The notes below the pieces were generated by a model, which saw only the letters and a list, made by a program, of their open reading frames with translations, searched no databases and was not told the DNA's origin. A stretch of DNA of 62,947 nt, filler included, from Choristocarpus tenellus KU-1152 (Eukaryota; Protista; Phaeophyceae), in assembly GCA_964200185.2 (NCBI GenBank). It is 12 parts of 12 records of this genome, joined end to end, with 100 filler letters (N's around TTAATTAATTAA, not from the genome) between each part and the next. Parts side by side here need not be neighbours in the genome. Positions count along the whole stretch, not along the records: positions 53,854 to 60,003 come from CAXNAD020008823.1; positions 60,104 to 62,947 come from CAXNAD020024260.1; 10 more parts are not named here. One strand, written 5' to 3'. The position numbers were made by a program, and so were the translations under genes. Position 1 is the stretch's first letter; each line of letters begins with the position of its first letter. Positions 53,967 to 62,947 of the stretch are shown here, piece by piece.

Positions 53967-55919
53967 AGAGGTACTGGTGTCTTTTTGGTGTATATGAGGT
54001 CAGGGTTAGGGTTAGGGTTAGGAATAGTGTGTTGTTCTGCCTGTTGGTACCACTGTAGCTTGACTTCTAGAGCTAGTTGGCATATTTTATTATCTTGGCT
54101 CAGGATATACTGGTCAAGATGGACCTGAGCTGCTCGACATGGGCATGGATAGTCACATAAGCGTTTGTGACATGTCTATAGTCGGAGTTAGGGCTAGGGT
54201 AATGCATGTGTTCTTCTCATATTTTGATTCCGTCTTCATTGGCATTGTGCAAGTAGTGGACTCTTTCTCGTGGGGGTTATTCATTCCACTGGGGGCGATT
54301 CTTATCTCATCATCATTTGCAAGGCTGAGAGGGTAGGGTGTGTGGAAGAGGCGGTGCATTCGTTCCATAGGCTGATTTTACAGTTACAGAATGGTGCTTA
54401 CAGGGCATTAATTTGTGAAATGGTGCTGGTATCTGTACAGAGTCACCTACTCCACTAACTGCTGAGTGAGTTTAGTGACATGTGTTTTTGTGTACTTGTA
54501 AGGTTATCATCCATGCGAATTCATTCCGCTGTTTTTTTTCACTATCTTTATTTCTGTGATTGTAAAGGGGGAATTTTTTTTTTTGATGATTATCATCTCA
54601 TGTCATGGTTGATGAAACGCTTTTTCTGAGCATGTGGTTGATCCGGCACAAACCTATGTGGATATATTGTGTACATACTTTGTTTATATTTTGTGTCTAC
54701 CCCCTATTCAGATGAAGATATAAGCCATAACATCACAAACCTTTGAACTACAAATTGTTCCTAAAAGTTTGGACCCTACACAATCTTTGGTTACCACCTC
54801 AGTTTCATATCTTGCCTGTTCACATCACAAAGTTCTGACTCTACCCTTCTCAACAAGCTCAAACTCTGAACCAAATTCTGACCACAGCATTCGTGAGCAG
54901 TGAAACTTTTTTTCAACAGTTGGCCTACAATAATGATATCAATAATTATTATTTTTTTTATGTTGACCCCAAAGTCTGAATCTGAACCTTCCTCTAACCT
55001 TGAACGGTAGTTAATATTTTTTTTTACAACCCTCTGCTGTCACATACGTATGCTGATGTATCTATTAGTAACATTGATGATATCCTCATTTTTTTAATAA
55101 TTTGACTCTGGCCCTGAATAGGAAGTCCTTCTTGTAGGAAACCCTAACCCTACTGCAGTATACGGTGTTTGTGAATACAAATAAATAATCGCTTAATGCT
55201 GTAGCATCGTTGTGGCCCAATTTCATAATGTTTATGTAATGTTTATATAATGTTACAATGTTTATGTTTCATAAATAAATAAATATATATATATATCAAT
55301 GTATGTACAGTGCTCGAGGCAAAGGGGCCACGTGAGGAAATATAAAGTCCCTTCCAGGTCCCGTAATGGCATTGAAAGCAAATTACACGAGACCGTGATG
55401 AACCGAGCGATTGAAAGAGTTTGATTTCCATCTCGATTAGAGTAATTCACAGGACTATAATCTCATGTAAGAAGTATCCCAATGTTGTCTGACCCCTAGC
55501 TAGCCCCAGGATCAACGGACACGTGTCTTATATCGCAGGCTTGATGATCGCTCCTATCTGTAACGTATGTTTTGGTACTGATATCGATGAGCTCTCAAAC
55601 GTTTCATACATTGCGGTGTTTGGAAGTCAGGATGCCTGTCAGGATGCCTGTCTTCCTTTTAAAGGTAGTGACCTTCCAACACTGAACGGGCTAGAAGTTT
55701 TTGGAAAGGACCACCGCAAAGCAGTAACAAGGGTTAGGGTTAATGACAAGATGTATATTCACTTAGATATGTACTTCCAAATCGTATGTGTACATATATG
55801 TATTCAGCAACAATAATAATTATGAACATAGCCCTATCCACCTTCACCCACTTACTATATTTGACCCTAACCTAACCCTAACCCTGAGAATCTGAAAATG
55901 GTACATACAATCTTAACAG

Positions 55920-58289
55920 GAAACAGGTGCGGTTCCGGAGCTGCTGATGGGTGAACAGGTATATGATGACCCAAACCAAGTTATTCAGCTACTTCCAGAG
56001 ACGTACCTTCTTTCGGACCTTGTACCTTCTGTTGACATCGTAGAGGCCGGAGTGAAGGAGGTGGGTTTTTGTCATGGGGGTCGCACAGGATGAGAAATAG
56101 AACAGTATCTACATAATTTATACTTCTTTTTTTTCCTGACATTTGATTTTGAAGAGATGCACCAATATATGTATGTATGAATGATAGCAGGACTGTAGAG
56201 CTGCGGATATGCAGTCTTTCAAAAAGGAATTTTACAAGAATGAGACCAGAATTCGCGGAATGTTGTATTTTTCTTTTTTTTACGGTGTGCTTATTCTGTA
56301 AGCATTTTGTTTTGCTCATCAAGTCCCCCACCAATAGAGTGTGCAAGGTGCATCACTATCTGTAAAACCTTGCATCATCTTTTATAGACATGCTTCCCCC
56401 CCCCCCCATTATGCTGTTAGTGTCCTCCCACAGTTAAACCACACTGCCAACTAAACCTCAACTCTATGTGCAAACATGTGTGAATGTAATTGATGGGTTA
56501 AGTCAATGTCTGCCGACTGAACTCAACACATTACACTAATAGAGGTAGAGGTGTTCAACATGTACCCCTTACCTGCCTCTCCTTATGTGGCTCAGTGCTA
56601 CTGCTTGATGGAGCGTACACCTTTGTAGTTCACAATATTTTCAAGTGCCCTCACTATCTCGACCCTAACCCTAAGTATATATTTGTTTTTTTTCTCCACG
56701 ATAGAAAAGTCTGTACATACTACATACCAGGCATGTGTGAGGTAATACTACTGTACTGTATGCCATATTACGAATGCAATCGTGATAATGGCCCTATCCC
56801 TCTCCTTACAATCAAGAGCCAATTCAAAGCTATTACTTCTGCACGCAACAGGGTGTGTAGAGAGACCAGTACATATGTTACAGGGATGAAACTAGAGTAT
56901 CGGTTAAGCTGTGTGTGGTACAGTGACTAGCGTCGAAGGGACCACCAGTAGTATTTTGGGGCTTCAGAATGACCATAATCAAACTGTTTAAGGACCTTCC
57001 TACTGGTTTCTTCCCATGCAGTTTGCTGTGGCTCTGTGGTGTGATATCTTGTACACATGGTAACGTTTGAGGTAGATACCCCAATGTGTGCGATGTCATT
57101 GTGAGTTACATACATCAGTCCTTCTTGCGCAGTTCATTGTGCCTCGGTAATGCTACTGAGTGTGTGCCTGCTGTATGTGAGAGAGCATGTTAAACTCGCT
57201 GTTTGACTCAAACGTACATACAATATCAATTTTTTTTTCTTACCTCTAAATCTCAGGTGCGGACATCTTGGGAGGCATTCTGCTTTAACCAGGATGCAAG
57301 TAAGGAAGCTGTCCTCAAGAGAAATTTCTATACCAGGTGAAGAACCTGGCATGATGGCGATATTCACGGCAGGGGGAGGGAGGACTCGGAGTGTATTCTG
57401 CCTTGTGTTCCTCTAAGCATGCAAAAATTGACATGTAGTCAGTGTGGGTCGAGAGAGATGATTAAATTGACGGAAGTGGACTTGCCCCAATGAATGGAAT
57501 GAAATATTTTGTAATGAAACAGCAGAAGCACCATTGCGCGAAGCACTCCATGGTGAGGAATAAGTGAAGTGATGGAAGAATTGTTTGCATCAGATGTGTG
57601 GGTCTTTTTTTTGGTGTTCAGGTACATCGCAAGGTCATGAAAGGTTTTCATCATTTCTGTGGCATTTCCATTCTAAATGGCATGCACAGCTTGTGGCAAA
57701 TATTCCTCATTAATATTGAACGTTGTGCTTTCTTGCAGTATGCAATGGGTTAATCTGGATGCAACCCCCCCCACCCACCCTCCCACCCGTATAATTACAC
57801 TTGCAACATGTATCAGCCTAATGTCAGAGTTTATGTGTGCTGTTTTCCATCTTTGCTACAGTGCATAGTGCATGGGTATTTTCTCCTATTTTCAACACGA
57901 GCCTACATGGTTTCGTGTGTGTTACAGAAAATGTAACTGTAAATTGGATTAAACACACCCCTTTCCATTCACAGTTGGCTTGGGGTGGATCTGTTTGGTG
58001 GACAGGAAGGAGTTAGTTGCTTGAGAAGAGATCCCATTGGAGTGTCCTTCATTTTTTTGCTTTATGGACAGGATTGATTCAACACTAAGTTATACGTACG
58101 GGTGTGAATATTACATTTTTTTTTGTCATTTTTGTTTCTGCTGATCAGCATGGCAAAGGTTGATGGACAACTCAAGTCGACATCAAACAAGGGAGCGTTT
58201 TTGGAGGGCGAAGAGCTCACCATCGGCGACCTAGAACTAGCAGTGGTGACTTACCACATGATCCCCGCCCTTGGAGCCATAAAGTTCTG
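55920..58289 (+). CDS. Partial gene, dehydroascorbate-reductase/CLIC-like glutathione transferase; exons 55920-56060, 57257-57336, 58149-58289
   Basis: ETGAVPELLMGEQVYDDPNQVIQLL...-VRTSWEAFCFNQDASKEAVLKRNFYT-SMAKVDGQL...GAFLEGEELTIGDLELAVVTYHMIPALGAIKFW; phases 0 and 2 are consistent; matches the DHAR G.VP and GPF..GE..T..DL.LA...YH...AL...K.W motifs. Confidence 0.82.
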
Positions 58290-58654
58290 GTAAGTGGACA
58301 GTAGGAAGAGGAGGACAGGGGTGGGGCTACGTTTCACCATCTGAATATTGGCTCATCATTCAGATTTAACTTGCCTTTATCCATCGGTCCATGCATAGGG
58401 TTAGGGTTATGACAACAACAACAGTAGGATGTTTGCCAATCTATTTCTTGTGGTCTAATCCGGGCACTGCACTGCAGTCCTTTGCTTGAGGTATGAAGCT
58501 GGAAATTGTGGAAATTAGAGCAGATTTGTCATTCTACGTCTGTTTTACGAGTCTAAAAGAACAAGAACGCGCAGTTTAGTCCATAGGCTATCCGATCTTC
58601 TAGGGATTTTTTACTATTTTTTTTTTTGGGGGGGGGAGGGGGTCCTTTTGCTCT

Positions 58655-59940
58655 CCGCTACTGTTTCATAGTAGTCTGTTTGATCTTGATTTGTGTTAAA
58701 TTAGGTCAAATTGGTCATGTAGAAGTATATGCGGCAAACAGGTTGTTGTAAAAACTCTGTGAGTGAGGTGAATCCATTGGGCTGGCTCCACTCCCTTCAT
58801 CAAGCCCCCCAACAAAAGGCTTTCCCTGGGGGATAGATTGGCTGAAGAGTTTGAGGTGGGAAAGAGATACTCTAGACTTTTGTGGGCACACACGAAAGAA
58901 TGGCGAGACGGTGGGAATACCGTCTCTCTGAAATCACAGGCACAACCTGGCCGACCATTGGACTTTACGCCAATGAAACAAGCGAATATCCGGGAAATCA
59001 GCTCCCAATATCGTACAGTGACCCCCAACCAACTTTCCGCCAAGCTAACCAAAGCGGGCCTTACCGTCGGCAGCTCAAAGCTTCAGTGCTGGCTCCATGC
59101 CATGGGAGCAATGAGGGTTCGGCATCGCATCACCCCTAGCCTTCCCTTTCCTCAATAGAAGGACCAGGTAGACTTCATCCTCGAGCAGATCTGCCGCAAC
59201 CGCAAAGCATACAGGACTGGCCTCAATACTGTTCGCATCGACAAGGAGTTGTTGTACCTCATCTGCAACGGAGAGAAGGTGTGCGTGTTCTTGGGAGAGG
59301 AAAAGGTGGGATCGACAAAGGTGCAGCACAAGAGGCGCATTCCTCAAGTGTTATGTTCGCCACAATATTTCACGCCCGGATCCTTCCCATTGATTTCGAC
59401 AGCAAGATCAGGATCTGGTGGGTTTGCATTTTGAAGGAGGCGCAATGGACTACAGAGCGGTGCACACAGGGCAAGGGGTATGAGGTTGATATTGCCGTTG
59501 ATGCCAAGTGGTACCAGGAGTGGTACACAGAGCACAGCTGTTGCCTGCTATTAAGGAAACACTGCTGTGACTGGAATCGGGGGCACGGGTTGTACAGCAG
59601 GATGGCACGACCCCGCCTATGGGGAAAGGCATGGTACAGGAGCTGAACGCTGCAGGGAGGGAGGGCGGATGGAGTGATTAAGCTCATGAGCCAGCACAGG
59701 CGCCGCATCTCAACATCAATGCCTTCATTTTTTTCGCATCCCTGAAGAGCAGGGTTTGGGCAGAGTGTTACGATACCATCGATGACCTTGTAGAGGGGGT
59801 CAAGAGCGTGTTCCATGTGTACAATGCAGACATTCTTGAGAGGGTGTGGCAGAGTCTGTTCAAGAGATGCAATCAGGTGTTAAGAGTGCTTGGGGGGAAT
59901 GATATCGAGGTAGAGCACACACGGGTTAAAAAAAAAGGCA
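58655..59940 (+). mobile_element. Second decayed DD39D mariner, inside the DHAR-like gene's intron
   Basis: VRIDKELLYL, KVQHKRRIPQV, FDSKIRIW, QQDG, QPAQAPHLNIN and ILERVWQSLF are homologous to 8811-9830; several stops and frameshifts. Boundaries approximate. Confidence 0.85.
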
Positions 59941-60721
59941 GTGGAGGGGGGGGGGGGGGGAGGGGGGGTTGATAAAGAGAAAGGGGGAAGATCCTGAGGA
60001 ATCNNNNNNNNNNNNNNNNNNNNNNNNNNNNNNNNNNNNNNNNNNNNTTAATTAATTAANNNNNNNNNNNNNNNNNNNNNNNNNNNNNNNNNNNNNNNNN
60101 NNNGGGGGGGGGGGGGGGGGGGGGGTTATTGCAGTGGGATACGATCAATACGATCTTTTCTATTTAAAAAATGAAAATGAGATGATATACTCACTCATTC
60201 ATTCATTCATAATTTTTTGTTAGAAAGGAGGAATCGATTTTGTGTCCAAGAATTCAGTATGATACAATTAATTTTATAAAAAAACAACAACAAAGAGGCA
60301 CAGTCTTTGTGTGGAAGTAAACTAATACATATATATATATATGTAAGATGATACAAAAGAAGAGAAAAATAATGCACATGGTACGGGCTTACAACAAAAA
60401 AAATGTATTTTTTTCTCTTTTTGCATTGTTACGCCTGGAAAATTCTGAAGCGTGTTCCGAGAATCGGAGACCCTTCTTTGCCGTGCCAATTTCAAAGAAA
60501 ATAACAAAAAAACAAAAACAGAAACAGAAACAGAAACAGAAACAAGAACGAAAACGAAAACTTTTGAGAGCAAAAAAATACCCCTCTTCCCCTAACTTAA
60601 CAGAGCAGATAACCTGGAAAAATAAAATGGAATATATGTGTATATATATTTATTTTTTGTTTTTTTGTTTTTTTCTCTGATCGTCCCGTTCATGCACATT
60701 TTTTGACATTTTTATCTTCCG

Positions 60722-60900
60722 ACAACAATAATAATAGTAACAATAATAATAATAATAATAATAGTAAACAATAATAATAGTAATAATAATAATAATAATA
60801 AATATAATAGCAACAATAATAATAATAATAATAATAGTAACAATAATAATAGTAACACTAATAATAATAATAATTATTATTATTATTTTTATTATTATTT
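60722..60900. repeat. (AAT)n microsatellite followed by inverted (ATT)n
   Basis: Directly visible. Confidence 0.95.
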
Positions 60901-60936
60901 TGTCACACGCGTACGTACGTACCTCTCCTCCAACAG

Positions 60937-62798
60937 GTTACCTATTCAATCACATTGCCTCGGCGGGACCTACCTGACGCCAGGGGTAGTGGTCAAGCCC
61001 TGCTACAGGGCCGCCGTGATGACGGCCACCAGGGCAGGGGCCTGGGCAGTCAATGGACCCAAGGCCAAGGGGAGCTCAGGACAGTAATGGAGGCCCATGT
61101 ATCTGGCCGATCAACCCCGTTTAATCCGACCAATCACACGTATTGGAACCTCAGTGGGGTGTGCTCTGGGTCGGCCCGGGGGCTTCACCTGGCTCTCCCG
61201 AACTGTGGAGGGTATTTGCCTCTGGATACGGACCAGGTTTGTTTTGAATGTGTGTTTGAATGAGTGTGTGTGTGTGTGTGTTAATGTGTGTGTTAATGTG
61301 TGTGTTAATGTGTGTGTTAGAGCCAAAGATATCTTATAGAGGGTAGAGCCGCGTCCATTTGGGGGCCAAAATCCAATGTTGTAATTTTAATGTAACTTTG
61401 GCTATCATGGTTAACAGGAGATGTCAATATCTTTGTTCCGGACGCTCCTTTTCATAATGGATACATTTTAACTACTCTGAAGCACTTTGGAGTAGGAAAA
61501 GTGTCATAAAATACTTGTGGGAAGCCAAGCCCCAAATGGACAAACAGGGAAGAACTCGTACCCTCTAAGGTACTTTCTCTCTTGATGTGTGTTTGAATGT
61601 GTGTGTTAATGTGAGTAGTGAAAGGTATTGCGGTCATGAATAGGAATAATTAAGTCTGTTGTGTGCGCTGTGTACTTTCACCGTAGCCTTTTGACCAATA
61701 AGATGTTTTTGTGGACCTTTTTTTGACCAATAGGATGTTCTTACTGACGCAGACTCTGTACGTACTGACAAAATACGCAGACAAATCAAAATAATATCGT
61801 GAACGTGAATACAAGAAATACGTTTGACATCTTTGTTTGACATCTTTGGACTGGGGTCCAATAACACGTTCCGTCAAGAAAAAGTTAAGGGGTCCTTTCA
61901 AGCTCAGCAGCAGTAGGATCTATCTCTCCATGATTGATCAGGAACATCCATTGTATTGAGAGTGTTAAACGCACGCCGTTTTTGGATGCGCAGCCGAAAT
62001 TCAGGTAACTGCCGCTCTGAAGTAGGTTAGGTTAGGTTAGGTTAGGTTAGGTTAGGTTAGTTAGTTGGTGATGAGAAGGGAGTACTTTGATGAGTCCAGG
62101 TAGTCGGTGCCGTCCTAGTACCAAATTCGTACTAGGACATCGCCTCGGACCAAATCGGATATACCTTACAATGTCAGATTCTGATCCCACCATTCAGAGA
62201 TAGGGGGGCATGACATTGTAAGGTATATCATATATATAAATATATTTATATACATGTATACCTACCAATAACGGTATATATTCAATAATACTTCATACCT
62301 CTGTCATTGATTTCTTTTCACGGAAGATAGTTGGTCGTACCTTTCCACCGGCTCTCTCAATTTACAAATTTGGTACCCTGCTAGCTTGATGCACGCGCCA
62401 GTTGACCTTTCTCGTCAGGAAAAGAAACGTACATATTTATTTATATTTATTTATGATAACCCCCCCCCCCCATCCTCCCACCCCCACTATCTGTGCCCCG
62501 CCCAAATCTCTCCCCTCCACCCTCATAGATCCCTATTGGAAAGGTCTCTCCTGTGACAGGAACCCCTTTCGACCTTCGGGAGGGTGTTCCGCTTGGAGAG
62601 GCGATAGATGCTGTCGGTGCAGCAGCCCCTGGGCCTGCCCCTGGGCTACAAGAACAATCTGCTGCCGACCCGAAGGTGGACGAAGATGGAAGGCGGGGGG
62701 AGGGGGGAGTAGGGGCTGCTGCTGATTTCGACAAGGGAGGAGGAGCTTCGAGTGGTGGATTTGAACCCGTTGGCCTAGACCACTGCTTCGTGATGGGG
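60937..62798 (+). CDS. galM: Partial gene, aldose 1-epimerase (galactose mutarotase) family; exons 60937-61236 and 62529-62798
   Basis: TPFNPTNHTYWNLSG, YLPLDTDQ-IPIGKVSPVTGTPFDL and GLDHCFV; canonical phase-0 splice sites. Confidence 0.92.
62024..62063. repeat. (TTAGG)n tract
   Basis: About seven to eight GGTTA units. Confidence 0.95.
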
Positions 62799-62947
62799 GT
62801 GAGAAAGGAAAAAGGGGCCTCTAGGAATAACAACAGTAAATATTGCTCAGGCTTGAGGGTCGGGGGGGGGGGGGGGGGGCCCGTTTTTTTTTTTTTTTAA
62901 GGTTTTGGGGGGGGGGGTGTGGGTATTACGGTGTGTGGTGACGAGGG

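Larger units (their letters stand above)
3604..60103. other. Eleven artificial contig-joining spacers (44N-TTAATTAATTAA-44N) at 3604-3703, 8711-8810, 13917-14016, 18674-18773, 21538-21637, 39283-39382, 44503-44602, 48429-48528, 51149-51248, 53754-53853, 60004-60103
   Basis: Identical 100-nt blocks; the 12-mer places stop codons in all six frames; flanking sequence changes abruptly at each one. Confidence 0.98.

Noticed and set aside
5135-58289. Apparent redox/Fe-S gene cluster (redoxin, IscU-like, DHAR-like)
   Set aside because: The genes lie on different contigs joined by spacers, so no linkage can be inferred.
3648-60059. Recurring TTAATTAATTAA palindrome
   Set aside because: It is an artificial all-frame-stop spacer inside N runs, not biological sequence.
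62087-62154. Hammerhead ribozyme-like TTGATGA-GTCC...GGAC-CAAA
   Set aside because: Two core positions deviate from CUGANGA/GAAA, and stems I and III could not be formed.

Overview
This is not one locus. It is 12 short eukaryotic contigs joined by an artificial 100-bp spacer (44 N + TTAATTAATTAA + 44 N), so adjacency across spacers carries no meaning. Long GT-AG introns, interstitial TTAGGG tracts and the transposon content suggest a repeat-rich algal genome, possibly a brown alga; that is inference only. Manual splicing recovers one apparently complete gene: a 283-aa divergent IscU/NifU-N-like Fe-S scaffold paralog (28083-25055, minus). It keeps all three scaffold Cys in register, has the conserved Asp replaced by Cys, and lacks His105 and LPPVK. 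This is the most interesting item, and the ORF track does not show it. Partial genes are a TFIIS-central-domain protein, a peroxiredoxin-like protein with no CxxC, an LRR protein, a DHAR-like GST, an aldose 1-epimerase and a 3.9-kb low-complexity exon. The rest is transposon-derived: two decayed DD39D mariners, a non-autonomous Gypsy family (two copies plus a solo LTR), chromovirus and CRE-like LINE remnants, and several MITE families including one with Sola-type ends. All family assignments come from motif recognition by eye, not from database searches.
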